Translations under genes and position numbers: made by a program | Source: Lysobacterales bacterium RIFOXYA1_FULL_69_10 | GTDB lineage: Bacteria > Pseudomonadota > Gammaproteobacteria > Xanthomonadales > Xanthomonadaceae | NCBI GenBank assembly: GCA_001830245.1 | Contig: MIDV01000005.1 | Coordinates: 444 to 60,788, forward strand | Direction of reading: 5' to 3' | DNA length: 60,345 nt | Shown: piece by piece, positions 20,510-32,093 of the stretch | Layout of the letters: each line of letters opens with the position of its first letter | Position numbering within the stretch: position 1 is the stretch's first letter | Notes under the pieces: generated by a model | Told to the model about the DNA's origin: nothing | Seen by the model: the letters and a program-made list of their open reading frames with translations, nothing else | Databases searched by the model: none

Positions 20510-22342
20510 TCAAGCCAACGCGCCCGCCATCCGCACGCAGTCGCGCCCGCCCGCCTTTGCGGCGTAGAGCGCCTCGTCGGCCCGCTGCAACGCCTGGTCG
20601 ATGGCGTCGTCTCCGTCGTCGCCGTGTCCAGTGGGCAACTGGTGGACACCGATGCTGGCCGACATGCGGACCGTGTGGGGGCCGCTGGAACAGGGGTGGG
20701 CGTGCAGCGCCTGCCGCAACGATTCGCCCACGCGTGCCGCGTCGTGCACGCCCATGCCGGGCAGCGCGGCGACGAACTCCTCGCCACCGAACCGCGCCAG
20801 CAATGCCTCGTGGGGACGAAGCGCCTGCCCGATGGTGCGGGCCGCCCAGCGCAGGCAGTCGTCGCCCACCAGGTGGCCGTGGCGGTCGTTGATCGACTTG
20901 AAGTGGTCCAGGTCGATCATCAGCAACGACACCGGGCGGTCGCCGCGCTCGAGGATCTCGAGCAGGCGTTCGCGGAAATGCGTGCGGTTGTGCAGTCCGG
21001 TCAGGCCGTCGCGCTGGCTGGATTCGCGCAGCCGCGCGTGCGCGTTCTCCAGCTGGCCCAATGCACTGCGCAACTCGCCCGTGCGCTGCATGACCTTCTG
21101 CTCCAGGTGCAGTTTGGCTTCGCGCACGATGCGCTCGTTCTCGTTGCGCAGCGCCGCGTAGCGGTATCCCAGTGCAACCGAAAGCAGCAGCATCTCCAGC
21201 GCCGAGCCGATCTGCACGCCGTACTCGGTGTAGAAGGTCTTGGGCAGCACGCCGAACGCGACCAGCGTGAACATCGTGGTGCCCAGCAGGAACATCGCCC
21301 AGGCCAGCAGGAACAGCCGGGCAGGGCGGTAGCCGCGACGCAACACGACGATGCTGGCCACGGCGATCCACAGCACGCCGACCAGCACCGCACGCGACGC
21401 GATGGGCGTGGAGACGCGGTAGGGCAGTTCGAGCGAGGCCAGCCCAAGCAGAGCAAAGAACGTGATCAGCCCCAGGCTCACCCAGTTGCCGCGGGGCCAG
21501 CGTTGCGGCAGCTCCAGGAACGTCCGCGCGAACTGCTGCATGCCGATCAGTGCCAGGCAGATCGATAGCGGCACCGCCTTGTCGGCCAGCCAAGCAGACG
21601 ACGGCCACAGGTATTCGAAGCCCAGCCCGTTGAGGGTGAACAGCACCAGCCCGAAGGCGGTGATGTGGAACAGGTACCAGAAGTAGCTGGGGTCGCGCAG
21701 CGTCAGCCACAGCACCAGGTTGTAAAAGAACAGCGCCAGCAGGATGCCGTAGTACAGGCCGATCGCCAGCTGCGCATCGCGCGACATTTCGGTGAAGGCG
21801 GTGGGCGTGTACAGGCTGAGGGGCACCTGCATCGAGCTCTGGCTCTGCACCCGCACATAGAGATCCACGGTGCCGCCCGGTGGCAGGTCCAGTGCGAAGT
21901 TGGGGTGGCGATAGCGGATGCTGCGCACCTCGAACGGTGCGTGGTCGCCGCCGCGCTGGTGCTGCACGGTGCCGTCCTCACGAAGCATGTAGACATCGAC
22001 GCGGTCGCTCAGTGCGTACTCCTGCACCAGCAGCCAGCGCGGCTCGCCCGGGTGCAGGTTGACCAGCCGGGCATGGAACCAGAACGCGCCGGGCTGGAAG
22101 CCGAATGCCGCGCTGGCCGAGGGCAGTGGTTGGAACCGGCCCTCCTGCTGCCAGCGGCGCGCGGCGTCCAGGTCGGCCTCGCCGTCGAGGTCATGCAGGT
22201 AGTGGACGTACGGAGACAGCGCCACCTGGGAGTGCGCTCCGTCGAGCACGAGGGGCTTCCCCGCCTGCGCACCCTGCGCATGCGCCGCTCCTGCCGTCGC
22301 CAGCAGCAGCCACATTCCGATCCGCAACGCCCAGTCCGGCAT
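20510..22342 (-). CDS. Diguanylate cyclase with 7TMR-DISM sensor
   Basis: Signal peptide, periplasmic beta domain, seven TM helices, DGLTGLHNR, DLDHFKSIND..GH..GD, RFGGEEF. Confidence 0.92.
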   Translation of the reverse strand: MPDWALRIGMWLLLATAGAAHAQGAQAGKPLVLDGAHSQVALSPYVHYLHDLDGEADLDAARRWQQEGRFQPLPSASAAFGFQPGAFWFHARLVNLHPGEPRWLLVQEYALSDRVDVYMLREDGTVQHQRGGDHAPFEVRSIRYRHPNFALDLPPGGTVDLYVRVQSQSSMQVPLSLYTPTAFTEMSRDAQLAIGLYYGILLALFFYNLVLWLTLRDPSYFWYLFHITAFGLVLFTLNGLGFEYLWPSSAWLADKAVPLSICLALIGMQQFARTFLELPQRWPRGNWVSLGLITFFALLGLASLELPYRVSTPIASRAVLVGVLWIAVASIVVLRRGYRPARLFLLAWAMFLLGTTMFTLVAFGVLPKTFYTEYGVQIGSALEMLLLSVALGYRYAALRNENERIVREAKLHLEQKVMQRTGELRSALGQLENAHARLRESSQRDGLTGLHNRTHFRERLLEILERGDRPVSLLMIDLDHFKSINDRHGHLVGDDCLRWAARTIGQALRPHEALLARFGGEEFVAALPGMGVHDAARVGESLRQALHAHPCSSGPHTVRMSASIGVHQLPTGHGDDGDDAIDQALQRADEALYAAKAGGRDCVRMAGALA

Positions 22343-22506
22343 CCCCGCTCCTCGGCTTGGAACCGCTCCCCGGTTCCCGCATCCGGCCAGTGGGCCGGGG
22401 CGTTGGAAGTCTAACGCCGTGAACGTGGTATCCGCCGGGCCGGGGCCAGGAGGCGGCCCCTGGCGCCTTTCAACAGCCCGCCGCTCCGGCCACGTATCCG
22501 TCCAGG

Positions 22507-22554
22507 TTGACGGGTCGGCAATAACGCATTAATGTACCAGCGCGTTAATACATT
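22507..22554 (+). promoter_or_regulatory. his operon promoter with overlapping TrpR-like operator
   Basis: TTGACG, 17-nt spacer, TAATGT; dyad AATGTA-N12-TACATT (22531-22554). Confidence 0.75.
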
Positions 22555-22562
22555 GGATCACC

Positions 22563-22886
22563 ATGAAGCGCCGCGCACTTGCCCCTGTTTCCGACGATGC
22601 CACCCCGGCCGACAGCCTCGACGAGCTTGCCGCCGCGTTCGCGCGCCTGCGCGACCCGGCGCAGGTGCGGGCCTTCCTCGAAGACCTGTGCACCCCCGCC
22701 GAGCTGGAGGCCATGACCGACCGCTGGCGGGTGGTGCCCCTGATCGCACAGGGCGTGCCGTACCGCGAGATCCACGACCGCACCGCGGTCAGCGTCACCA
22801 CCATCGGCCGGGTCGCGCGCACGCTCGACCGTGGTGCCGGCGGTTATGCGGCGGCGTTGCCGCGTCGCGCCCCCCGTTCCCGTTGA
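22563..22886 (+). CDS. TrpR-family regulator (YerC/YecD, HisR-like)
   Basis: [20 protein letters not shown]...[13 protein letters not shown] signature. Confidence 0.9.
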   Translation: MKRRALAPVSDDATPADSLDELAAAFARLRDPAQVRAFLEDLCTPAELEAMTDRWRVVPLIAQGVPYREIHDRTAVSVTTIGRVARTLDRGAGGYAAALPRRAPRSR

Positions 22887-22896
22887 GTCCCTGCCC

Positions 22897-23811
22897 ATGA
22901 GCCCCATCGCCACCCCGGCGGCGCGCGACCGCCTGCGCATCGCCATCCAGAAGTCCGGCCGTTTGGCCGATCCCGCCCGCGCGCTGCTGTCGTCCTGCGG
23001 CCTGAGCTGGCGCGAGAGCCGCGACCGACTGTTCTGCTACGGCGAAAGCCTGCCCGTGGACCTGCTGCTGGTGCGCGACGACGACATCCCGGGCCTGATC
23101 GCCGACGGCGTCTGCGACCTGGGCGTTGTCGGCCGGAACGTGCTGCAGGAGCAGGACACGGACCGCCGTTCGAGTGGGCGCGCATCAGCGTTCCGCGAAT
23201 GGCGGGCGCTCGGGTTCGGCGGTTGCCGCCTTGCGCTCGCGGTGCCTGAAGCGTGGGCGTGGGAGGGGCCGGCGCAGTTGCAGGGCACGCGCATCGCGAC
23301 CAGCTACCCGGCGCTGCTGGCGCAATGGCTGGCGGGCGAGGGCATCGATGCGCAGGTCGTACAGCTGTCGGGCTCGGTCGAGATCGCGCCCAAGCTCGGC
23401 CAGGCCGACGCGGTGTGCGACCTGGTGTCCAGCGGCGCCACGCTGGCGGCCAACCAGCTCAAGCCGGTGATGACCCTGCTGGAAAGCGAGGCCGTGCTGG
23501 CCGGCCCGGTGGCCGCGTTCGACGATGCGCGGCGCGAGTTGGCCGACATGCTGCTGCGCCGCCTCGACGGCGCGTTGCGCATCCGCAACAGCAAACTGCT
23601 GATGTTCCAGGCTTCTCGCGAGGCAGTACCGGGGCTGCTGCCGCTGCTGCCCGACGCGGAGGCGCCGACGGTGATGCAGGTCGACGGCTGCGATTCGCTG
23701 GCGCTGCAGGCGCTGTGCCACGGGGCGGTCACCTGGCAGCGGCTGGAGGAACTCAAGCGCGCCGGCGCCCGCGGACTGCTGGTGCTGCCGGTCGAAGGGA
23801 TGCTGGCATGA
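22897..23811 (+). CDS. hisG: ATP phosphoribosyltransferase (long form)
   Basis: [32 protein letters not shown] motifs. Confidence 0.96.
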   Translation: MSPIATPAARDRLRIAIQKSGRLADPARALLSSCGLSWRESRDRLFCYGESLPVDLLLVRDDDIPGLIADGVCDLGVVGRNVLQEQDTDRRSSGRASAFREWRALGFGGCRLALAVPEAWAWEGPAQLQGTRIATSYPALLAQWLAGEGIDAQVVQLSGSVEIAPKLGQADAVCDLVSSGATLAANQLKPVMTLLESEAVLAGPVAAFDDARRELADMLLRRLDGALRIRNSKLLMFQASREAVPGLLPLLPDAEAPTVMQVDGCDSLALQALCHGAVTWQRLEELKRAGARGLLVLPVEGMLA

Positions 23812-25187
23812 GCACGCCCAACATCGAAGTCGAAACCCGAGCCGTCGGGGAAACCGTTGGCGGACTGGACCCGGCCATCCCCCGGCGCATCGAATGGGGC
23901 GTGCTGGACGCGGCGGCCCGTGCGGCCGCACTGCGCCGGCCCACGCAGGCCACCGGTGCGGAGACGGCAAGAGGCGTGGCCCGGATCATCGAGGACGTGC
24001 GCACGCGCGGCGATGCCGCGCTGCGCGACCTGACGCGCGACCTGGACGGCGTGTCGCTGGAGGCGCTGGAGGTTGGCGCGGCGGAGTTCGACGCGGCCGA
24101 GTCGCTGCTGGACGTCGGCGTGCGCGAGGCCATCGAGGAAGCCGCCGGGCGCATCGAAGCGTTCCACCGTGCCGGTCAGCTGCAACCGTATGCGGTCGAC
24201 ACGGCGCCGGGCGTTACCTGCGAGCGCATCCTGCGACCCATCCGCCGCGTGGGCCTCTACGTGCCCGCCGGCTCGGCACCGTTGCCCTCGACGGCATTGA
24301 TGCTGGGTATTCCGGCACGCCTGGCGGGCTGCCGCGAAATCGTGATGTGCACGCCGCCGCGTCGCGACGGTCGCGCCGATCCGGCGGTGTTGTACGCGGC
24401 ACGGCGCTGCGGTGTCACGCGTGTATTCAAGGTGGGCGGTGCGCAGGCGATCGCGGCGATGGCGTTCGGTACCGGCAGCGTGCCTGCGTGCGACAAGCTC
24501 TTCGGGCCCGGCAACGCGTGGGTCACCGAGGCGAAGGCGCAGGTCGCGGCGGCCGAGGGCGGGCCGGGCATCGACATGCCCGCCGGTCCGTCGGAGGTGC
24601 TGGTGATCGCCGATGCCGGTGCCAACCCGTCTTTCGTCGCCGCCGACCTGCTGTCGCAGGCCGAGCACGGCCCCGACTCGCAGGTCGTACTGGTCAGCGA
24701 CGACGCCGGGCTGGTCGACGCCGTGCGCGTGCAGCTGGACGCGCAGCTGGCGCAGCTGCCGCGCGCGGACATCGCACGCCGTGCACTTTCGGCCTCACGC
24801 TTGGTGCGCGTGGCATCGCTGGACGAGGCGTTCGAGCTCAGCAACCGCTACGCGCCGGAACACCTGATCCTTGCGCTGCGCGACCCGCGTCGCTGGCTGC
24901 CCAAGGTGCAGGTGGCGGGGTCGGTGTTCCTGGGCGACTGGTCGCCGGAGGCACTGGGCGACTACTGCAGCGGCACCAACCACGTGCTGCCGACGGCGGG
25001 CGCGGCTCGCTTCTGCAGCGGTGTCAGCGTGGCGAGCTTCCAGGTGGCGATCACGGTGCAGGAAGCCAGCCGCAGTGGCGTCGCCGGGATCGGCCCGTGC
25101 GCGATGACCCTGGCCGAAGCGGAAGGACTGGGTGCCCACCGCCAGGCGGTGGCGCTGCGGGTGCAGGCGGCGGGAGTGGGTGCATGA
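23808..25187 (+). CDS. hisD: Histidinol dehydrogenase
   Basis: [35 protein letters not shown] motifs. Confidence 0.96.
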   Translation: MSTPNIEVETRAVGETVGGLDPAIPRRIEWGVLDAAARAAALRRPTQATGAETARGVARIIEDVRTRGDAALRDLTRDLDGVSLEALEVGAAEFDAAESLLDVGVREAIEEAAGRIEAFHRAGQLQPYAVDTAPGVTCERILRPIRRVGLYVPAGSAPLPSTALMLGIPARLAGCREIVMCTPPRRDGRADPAVLYAARRCGVTRVFKVGGAQAIAAMAFGTGSVPACDKLFGPGNAWVTEAKAQVAAAEGGPGIDMPAGPSEVLVIADAGANPSFVAADLLSQAEHGPDSQVVLVSDDAGLVDAVRVQLDAQLAQLPRADIARRALSASRLVRVASLDEAFELSNRYAPEHLILALRDPRRWLPKVQVAGSVFLGDWSPEALGDYCSGTNHVLPTAGAARFCSGVSVASFQVAITVQEASRSGVAGIGPCAMTLAEAEGLGAHRQAVALRVQAAGVGA

Positions 25188-26290
25188 GCGCCACGGACGT
25201 GATGGCACTGGTGAGGCCGGACCTGCGCGCGTTCGCCGGGTATCGCTCGGCGCGCAGCGAATCGCTGCGGGGTGACGTCTGGCTCAATGCCAACGAGTCT
25301 CCCTGGGCCAACCCCGCGGATGATCCGTCGGCCACGGCTGGCGGCGTGAGGCGCTATCCCGACCCTCAGCCGGCGGTCTTGCGGCAGGCGCTGGCCGGAC
25401 TCTACGGCGTCGTGTCCGGGCAGGTGCTGGCCGGGCGCGGCAGCGACGAGGCGATCGACCTGCTGGTGCGTGCCCTGTGCGCGCCCGGCGATGGCGCCAT
25501 CGTGATCACGACGCCGACGTTCGGGATGTACGCGGTGTCGGCGCTCCTGCACGGTGTGCGGGTGGTCGACGTCCCGCTGCTCGAGGCGGGGTGCGACGGC
25601 GCCTACGAGTGCGACTTCGATGCCGTGGCCGAACAGGCCGAGGCCACCGGCGCGCGGCTGGTGTTCCTGTGCTCGCCAGGCAACCCGACCGGAAGCGCGC
25701 TGCCGCTGGAGGCGGTCGACGCACTGGCCGCACGGCTCGAACGACAGGCCGTGGTGGTCGTGGACGAGGCGTACGGCGAATTCGCGCAGGCGCCGTCGGC
25801 GGCAACGCTGCTGGCGCGACACGCCAATCTTGCCGTCCTGCGGACCTTGTCCAAGGCGCATGCGCTGGCAGCCGCCCGCCTTGGTGCGGTACTCGCAACG
25901 CCCGCATTGATCGACGTGCTCCGGCGGTGCCAGGCGCCGTATCCGCTGCCTACGCCGTGCGTCGAACTCGCGCTGCAAGCGCTTGCACCGGCGGCACTGG
26001 ACGTCACCCGCGCGCGGGTCGCCACCGTTCGCGTCGAGCGCGAGCGGCTGCGCGATGCCCTGCAGTCAAACCCGGGCGTGCGGCGTGTGTATCCGTCCGA
26101 CGCCAATTTCCTGCTGTGCCGCTTCACCGATGCCCGGTCGGCGTTCGATGCGTTGCTCGCTGCCGGCATCGTCGTGCGCGACATGCGTGCGATGGCGGGC
26201 CTGGAGGACGCCCTGCGCATCAGCATCGGCACGCCTGAGCAGAACAGCCGGGTCGTTGAGGCACTTTCCAACATGGCGGTGGCGGCATGA
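25184..26290 (+). CDS. hisC: Histidinol-phosphate aminotransferase
   Basis: LNANESP, GSDEAID, NPTG, DEAY, RTLSKA motifs. Confidence 0.95.
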   Translation: MSATDVMALVRPDLRAFAGYRSARSESLRGDVWLNANESPWANPADDPSATAGGVRRYPDPQPAVLRQALAGLYGVVSGQVLAGRGSDEAIDLLVRALCAPGDGAIVITTPTFGMYAVSALLHGVRVVDVPLLEAGCDGAYECDFDAVAEQAEATGARLVFLCSPGNPTGSALPLEAVDALAARLERQAVVVVDEAYGEFAQAPSAATLLARHANLAVLRTLSKAHALAAARLGAVLATPALIDVLRRCQAPYPLPTPCVELALQALAPAALDVTRARVATVRVERERLRDALQSNPGVRRVYPSDANFLLCRFTDARSAFDALLAAGIVVRDMRAMAGLEDALRISIGTPEQNSRVVEALSNMAVAA

Positions 26291-27369
26291 GCGCGTTGCG
26301 CCCCGTGCTGTTCGTCGACCGCGACGGCACCCTGATCGAGGAGCCGGACGATTTCCAGATCGACGCGTACGAAAAGCTCCGCTTCGTGCCCGGCGTGATT
26401 CCCGCGCTGCTGCGGTTGCGTGACGCCGGGTACCGCTTCGTCATGGTCACCAACCAGGACGGCCTGGGCACCGATGCGTTTCCGCGCGAGCGCTTCGAAG
26501 GGCCGCACGCCCTGATGATGCAGGTGCTGGAAAGCCAGGGCGTGGCGTTCGACGACGTGCTGATCGACAGCAGCCTGCCGGCCGACAACGCCCCCACGCG
26601 CAAGCCCGGCATCGGCCTGGCGCTGCCGTACCTCAAGGATCGCGGCATCGACTGGGCGCGCTCGGCCATGGTCGGCGACCGCGAGACCGATAACGCGTTC
26701 GCCCGCAACCTGGGCATCCGGTCGTTCCAGCTGCGCACCGCGCAGTTCGGCGGCGAGTGGGACTGGGCGGGAATCGCGCATGCACTGGCGGATGCGCCGC
26801 GCGTGGCGCGCGTGGTCCGGCGCACGCGGGAAACACAGATCGAGGTCGCCGTCGACCTGGACCGCGCCGCCGAACCCCGTATCGAGACCGGCCTGGGCTT
26901 CTTCGACCACATGCTCGAGCAGCTGGGCAAGCACGGCGGGTTCGCGCTGGAGTTGACCTGCAAGGGCGACCTGCACATCGACGAGCACCACACGGTCGAG
27001 GACAGCGCGCTGGCGCTGGGGCAGGCGCTGCGCGAAGCGCTGGGCGACAAGCGCGGCATCGGGCGCTACGGCTTCACCCTGCCGATGGACGAGGCGCTGG
27101 CGACGGCCGCGCTGGATTTCTCCGGCCGCCCGTACTTCGTGTTCGAAGGCCGCTTCGCGCGCGAGTCCGTCGGCCAGCTCGCCACCGAGCTGGTGCCGCA
27201 CTTCTTCCGGTCGCTGTGCGAGACCGCCGGCCTCAACCTCAACCTGAAGGTGCAGGGCGACAACGACCACCACCAGGTCGAGGCGTGCTTCAAGGTGGTG
27301 GCGCGCGCGCTGCGCCAGGCCATCCGGCGCGAGGGGTTCGATCTGCCCAGCACGAAGGGATCGCTGTGA
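26287..27369 (+). CDS. hisB: Bifunctional histidinol-phosphatase/IGP dehydratase
   Basis: DRDGTL HAD motif plus DEHHTVED and NDHHQVE. Confidence 0.96.
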   Translation: MSALRPVLFVDRDGTLIEEPDDFQIDAYEKLRFVPGVIPALLRLRDAGYRFVMVTNQDGLGTDAFPRERFEGPHALMMQVLESQGVAFDDVLIDSSLPADNAPTRKPGIGLALPYLKDRGIDWARSAMVGDRETDNAFARNLGIRSFQLRTAQFGGEWDWAGIAHALADAPRVARVVRRTRETQIEVAVDLDRAAEPRIETGLGFFDHMLEQLGKHGGFALELTCKGDLHIDEHHTVEDSALALGQALREALGDKRGIGRYGFTLPMDEALATAALDFSGRPYFVFEGRFARESVGQLATELVPHFFRSLCETAGLNLNLKVQGDNDHHQVEACFKVVARALRQAIRREGFDLPSTKGSL

Positions 27370-27379
27370 GAGGGCCGGC

Positions 27380-27976
27380 ATGAGCGTCGTGCTGGTGGAC
27401 TCCGGCGGTGCCAACATCGGGTCGGTGCGCTACGCGCTCGAGCGGCTGGGTGTCGATGCGCCCCTCACCGCGGACATCGACACCATCAGGACCGCCGACC
27501 GCGTGATCCTGCCCGGTGTCGGCGCTGCGGGCACGGCGATGGCCCACCTGCGCGCGCTGGGCCTGATCGACGTCTTGCGCGCGCTGCCGCAACCGCTGCT
27601 GGGTATCTGCCTGGGCATGCAGTTGCTGTTCGAATCCTCGGCCGAAGGCGACGTGGCGTGCCTGGGCCGCATCCCCGCGCGGGTGGAGCCTCTGCCGCCA
27701 TCGCACGGCGTGCGTGTCCCGCACATGGGCTGGAACCGGCTCCGCCACGGGGCGGACGATCCGCTGCTGGCAGGCGTGGCCGACGGTGCGCAGGCGTACT
27801 TCGTGCACGGTTACGCGGCGCCGGTGGGCGATTGGACCGTGGCCGCCAGTACCCACGGTGCGCCGTTCTCGGCCGTGGTCCGCAGCGGACGCTGCTGGGG
27901 CGCGCAGTTCCACCCGGAGCGCTCGGGCGACGTCGGTGCGCGTCTGCTACGAAATTTCCTGGAGATACCCGCATGA
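27380..27976 (+). CDS. hisH: IGP synthase glutaminase subunit
   Basis: LPGVG, GICLGMQ, PHMGWN, QFHPE motifs. Confidence 0.96.
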   Translation: MSVVLVDSGGANIGSVRYALERLGVDAPLTADIDTIRTADRVILPGVGAAGTAMAHLRALGLIDVLRALPQPLLGICLGMQLLFESSAEGDVACLGRIPARVEPLPPSHGVRVPHMGWNRLRHGADDPLLAGVADGAQAYFVHGYAAPVGDWTVAASTHGAPFSAVVRSGRCWGAQFHPERSGDVGARLLRNFLEIPA

Positions 27977-28758
27977 CCCCGGCGAAGTCCGAATTCACCG
28001 TCTACCCGGCGATCGACGTGCGCGAGGGCCGCGTGGTGCGCCTGCGCCAGGGCGACTACGCGCAGGAGACCCGATACCCCGATGCGCCGCTGGAAGTTGC
28101 GGCGCGGTATGCCCGGGCCGGCGCGCGCTGGCTGCACCTGGTCGACCTCGACGCCGCGCGCGAGGGCGGCTACACATTGGCGCCGCTGCTGCGCGACATC
28201 GTTGCCACCACCGGGCTGCAGGTGCAGACCGGGGGCGGCGTGCGCGAAGAGGCGGCCGTCGAGGCGATGCTGGAAGCGGGCGCATCACGCGTGGTGGTCG
28301 GGTCTCTGGCCGTACGCGAACCGCCCCTCGTCATCGGGTGGTTGTCGCGCTTCGGCGTCGACCGCATCACCGTGGCGCTGGACGCGCGTCGCGGCGTGGA
28401 CGGGCACTGGCGACTGCCCGTGGCCGGCTGGACGCAGGGCAGCGGGCTCGAGCTCGACGTGCTGCTGAAGGCCTATGCTGATGCAGGACTGCAACACCTA
28501 CTGTGCACCGACATCGACCGCGATGGCATGCTGGCCGGACCGAACCTCGAGCTTTACCGGGGGTTGGTGGAGCAGGCGCCGGGCATCGCGATACAGGCCA
28601 GCGGCGGCGTGCGCGATGTGGCCGACGTGGGTGCGGCGCGCGAGGCAGGTTGCGGCGGTGCCGTGCTGGGCAAGGCGCTGCTCGACGGCCGGTTCGAGCT
28701 GTCGGATGCGCTTGCGCTGGAGGGCGTCAACGTGCCCGCGGACGTGGCGCCATGTTGA
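27973..28758 (+). CDS. hisA: ProFAR isomerase
   Basis: PAIDV..G.VVRL.QGDY, HLVDLD, TDIDRDG motifs. Confidence 0.95.
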   Translation: MTPAKSEFTVYPAIDVREGRVVRLRQGDYAQETRYPDAPLEVAARYARAGARWLHLVDLDAAREGGYTLAPLLRDIVATTGLQVQTGGGVREEAAVEAMLEAGASRVVVGSLAVREPPLVIGWLSRFGVDRITVALDARRGVDGHWRLPVAGWTQGSGLELDVLLKAYADAGLQHLLCTDIDRDGMLAGPNLELYRGLVEQAPGIAIQASGGVRDVADVGAAREAGCGGAVLGKALLDGRFELSDALALEGVNVPADVAPC

Positions 28759-29528
28759 GCCGACGCATCATCCCGTGCCTGGACGTGAAGGGCGGCCGTG
28801 TGGTCAAGGGCGTGCGCTTCCGCGACCACGTCGACATGGGCGACATCGTCGAACTTGCGCTGCGCTACCGCGACGAGGGCGCCGACGAGCTGGTGTTCTA
28901 CGACATCGGCGCCAGCCCGGAAGGGCGGCGCGTCGACCGCGACTGGGTCGAACGCGTTGCGCGCGTTCTGGACATCCCGTTCTGCGTCGCGGGCGGCATC
29001 CGCAGCGTCGACGACGCGCGCGAGGTACTGCACGCCGGCGCGGACAAGGTGTCGGTCAACAGCCCTGCGCTGGAGCGGCCGGAGCTGATCGACGAGCTGG
29101 CGGCGGCATTCGGCGTGCAGTGCATCGTCGCCGGCATCGACAGCCTGCGCGACGACGACGGTCAGTGGCGCGTGCGCCAGTACACCGGCGATCCGTCCCG
29201 CACCCAGGCGCTGCCGCGACGAACGCTCGACTGGGTCGTTGAAGTGCAGCAACGTGGGGCGGGCGAAGTGGTACTCAACTGCATGGGCAGCGACGGCGTG
29301 CGCGAGGGTTTCGACCTGGAGCAACTGGCAGCGGTGCGCGCGGTGTGCGAGGTCCCGCTTGTGGCTTCCGGCGGCGCCGGTGCGCCGGCGCACTTCGTCG
29401 ACGTGTTCCGCGAGGCCGACTGCGATGCCGCGCTGGCCGCGAGCGTGTTCCATTCCGGGGTGATCCGGATCCCCGCGCTCAAGCGCGAGCTGCAGGCGGC
29501 AGGCGTGGAGGTGCGCGATGTCGGTTGA
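28752..29528 (+). CDS. hisF: IGP synthase cyclase subunit
   Basis: [30 protein letters not shown] motifs. Confidence 0.96.
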   Translation: MLSRRIIPCLDVKGGRVVKGVRFRDHVDMGDIVELALRYRDEGADELVFYDIGASPEGRRVDRDWVERVARVLDIPFCVAGGIRSVDDAREVLHAGADKVSVNSPALERPELIDELAAAFGVQCIVAGIDSLRDDDGQWRVRQYTGDPSRTQALPRRTLDWVVEVQQRGAGEVVLNCMGSDGVREGFDLEQLAAVRAVCEVPLVASGGAGAPAHFVDVFREADCDAALAASVFHSGVIRIPALKRELQAAGVEVRDVG

Positions 29529-30150
29529 TTCGATCCGGAACGAAGTGGCGGGGCTGGATGCGGACACCCTCGCCTGGGACAAGCAGGGCGGCCTGCTGCC
29601 GGCCGTGGTCCAGGACGCGCGCAGCCTGCGGGTACTGATGCTGGGCTACATGGACCGCGCGGCGCTGGCGGCGACCCTCCGCGACGGGCGGGTCACCTTC
29701 TTCAGCCGCAGCAAGCAGCGGCTGTGGACCAAGGGCGAGTCGTCCGGCCACGTGCTGGAGCTGGTGGGCATCGAAACCGACTGCGACCGCGACACCCTGC
29801 TGGTGCGCGCGATCCCGCACGGGCCCACGTGTCACCTGGAGCGTGCGAGCTGTTTTCCCGAAGCGCCTTCGGACTTCCTGGGGGAGCTGGACGCACTGGT
29901 GGCGAGCCGCGAACGCGAACGCCCGGTGGGCAGCTACACCACCTCGCTGTTCGAGGGCGGCGTGCGCCGCTGCGCGCAGAAGGTGGGCGAGGAGGGCGTG
30001 GAAACCGCACTGGCGGCGGTGGCGCAGGACGACGCGGCGCTTGTCGGTGAGGCGGCGGACCTGGTGTTCCACCTCATGGTCACGCTACGCGCGCGGGGCT
30101 TGTCGCTGGAGGACGTGCGCAGCGAGTTGAAGCGGCGGCATAGCCGTTAG
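29518..30150 (+). CDS. hisIE: Bifunctional PR-AMP cyclohydrolase/PR-ATP pyrophosphatase
   Basis: [31 protein letters not shown] motifs. Confidence 0.96.
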   Translation: MSVDSIRNEVAGLDADTLAWDKQGGLLPAVVQDARSLRVLMLGYMDRAALAATLRDGRVTFFSRSKQRLWTKGESSGHVLELVGIETDCDRDTLLVRAIPHGPTCHLERASCFPEAPSDFLGELDALVASRERERPVGSYTTSLFEGGVRRCAQKVGEEGVETALAAVAQDDAALVGEAADLVFHLMVTLRARGLSLEDVRSELKRRHSR

Positions 30151-30179
30151 GCGGTTGGCTGAGGAGCACGTGCTCTTGC

Positions 30180-30205
30180 CGTCATTCCCGCGAAGGCGGG
30201 AATCC
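30180..30205. repeat. CGTC-tagged palindromic REP-like unit
   Basis: CGTC-ATTCCCGC-GAAG-GCGGGAAT-CC downstream of hisIE. Confidence 0.7.
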
Positions 30206-30387
30206 AAGGGCGTTGCTCCTGCGCGCCACGGACAGTCGCTGCCCAGCCGCACGATCAGGCAACCTGCGTTCGTGGGGCGAAGCCCGGGCGAGACTGGCGT
30301 CCGGCGTCAGCGGCAACGGCCAGGGAGCTCCACGTCATGGGCCAGCCGCATCCGGACGGCATAATCCCCCGGCATTCCGGAGGCCGC

Positions 30388-32037
30388 ATGCGCTCGCTGA
30401 TCCTGCTTATCGCCGTCCTTTCTTTCGCCATTCCCGCACGGGCTGCCGCGCCTCCCGCGGCGGGGTGCGCGGGTGGCACCGTGTTCGAGGATCGCAACGG
30501 CAATGGCCGTCCGGACGCAGGTGAGCCCGGGTTGGCAGGCGTCGCCATCTCCGACGGCAGGACGGTCGAACGTACCGACAGCGACGGTCGTTACCGGATG
30601 TCGGCTTCGGCGGATCGTCCGTTGTTCCTCCTGAAGCCCGCCACGCATGTGCTGCGCGAGCGGGGGAACGGGCTGCCGGATTACTGGCGGGGCGCCGGCG
30701 AAGGGGTGGCGGGTGCGACGGAGGAGAACAGCGCGCCGCAATGCCGGCCCTTCGCCCTGGCGCCGTTCGTGGCATCGCCCGACCGCCGCGAGGCGCTGGA
30801 TGTCCTCGTGTTCGGCGACCCCCAGGTCAAGTCCGCGGCCGACGTCGGCCATTTCGAGCGCGACATCATCGAACCCCTGATGCAGGACGCCGCCATCGAC
30901 ATGGGGCACCGCTTCGGCCGCTTCCACTTCAAGGGCGTCGCCGCCGACCTGGGCCTGAGCCTGGGCGACATCGTCGATGATGAGCTGTCGCTGTATCCGG
31001 ATGTGATCGCCGCCACGACACGGTTGGGCGTGCCCTGGCTGCACGCACCCGGCAACCACGACCTCGAGCTGGCGGCAGGCACCGATGCGGCGTCGCTGGC
31101 GACGTTCCGCCATCACTTCGGGCCCGACACGTTTGCGTGGGAGGAGCCGGAGGCGACCTTCGTAGTGTTGGACGACGTGGTCCACGTCCCCGGCGCGCGT
31201 CCTGCCTACATTGGTGGGCTGCGCGATGACCAGTTCGACTTCCTCGATGCCTACCTGCCCAGCGTTCCGCGCGACCGGTTGCTGGTGCTGGCGCTGCACA
31301 TCCCGCTGTTCGATACCGGCGGGCGCGAGACGTTCCGGGCCGCCGACCGCGAGCGCCTGTTCGACCTGCTCGCGCAGTTCCCGAAGGTGCTCGTTCTCAG
31401 CGCGCACAGCCACGTGCAGCAGCACGTGTGGCACGGCGCGGATGCCGGTTGGCCAGGCACCTCACCGCTGCACGAGTACAACGTCGGCGCCACCTGCGGC
31501 GCGTTCTGGTCCGGCGCGCCGGACGATGCGGGCATCCCGGACGCGACCATGGCGGACGGCACGCCGAACGGCTACGCACGCCTGCGCGTCACGAGCGGTG
31601 GCGACTACTCGCTGGGCTGGCATCCGGCCCGGCCCCAGGCAGGCGATCCCTCGCGCACGCAGGCCATGCACCTCCATGCCCCCCGCGTGCTGCGCCGGGG
31701 CGCATACCCGGCCTGGGGCGTGTACGCCAATGTCTACATGGGCGACGCGGACACCCGCGTGGAGTACCGCGTCGATGGCGGTCCATGGCAGCCGATGCGG
31801 CGTGTCGTGCAGCCAGATCCCGCCCTGCTCGCCGAGAACGCACGCGACGACGCCAGCGAAGTATTGCGCGGGTTCGACCGCTCTCCGGAAGCCAAGCAAT
31901 CTAGCCATCTATGGCGCGGGGCGTTGCCGACCGACCTCGACGCGGGTGCCCACCGCGTGGAGGTCAGGGCGTTCGACCGCTGGCAGGGGGAGCAGCGGGC
32001 GGAGGTCGGGTATCGGCTGGACGACTTCGACGAATAA
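30388..32037 (+). CDS. Secreted calcineurin-like metallophosphoesterase
   Basis: Signal peptide; GDPQ, GDIV, GNHD, HIP and AHSH motifs; GGAGG RBS. Confidence 0.88.
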   Translation: MRSLILLIAVLSFAIPARAAAPPAAGCAGGTVFEDRNGNGRPDAGEPGLAGVAISDGRTVERTDSDGRYRMSASADRPLFLLKPATHVLRERGNGLPDYWRGAGEGVAGATEENSAPQCRPFALAPFVASPDRREALDVLVFGDPQVKSAADVGHFERDIIEPLMQDAAIDMGHRFGRFHFKGVAADLGLSLGDIVDDELSLYPDVIAATTRLGVPWLHAPGNHDLELAAGTDAASLATFRHHFGPDTFAWEEPEATFVVLDDVVHVPGARPAYIGGLRDDQFDFLDAYLPSVPRDRLLVLALHIPLFDTGGRETFRAADRERLFDLLAQFPKVLVLSAHSHVQQHVWHGADAGWPGTSPLHEYNVGATCGAFWSGAPDDAGIPDATMADGTPNGYARLRVTSGGDYSLGWHPARPQAGDPSRTQAMHLHAPRVLRRGAYPAWGVYANVYMGDADTRVEYRVDGGPWQPMRRVVQPDPALLAENARDDASEVLRGFDRSPEAKQSSHLWRGALPTDLDAGAHRVEVRAFDRWQGEQRAEVGYRLDDFDE

Positions 32038-32093
32038 CAGCGCGCAAAGTTGAGTGTGCGGAGGCTCGGAGCCCGATGGGCGCGCTTCGGGGG

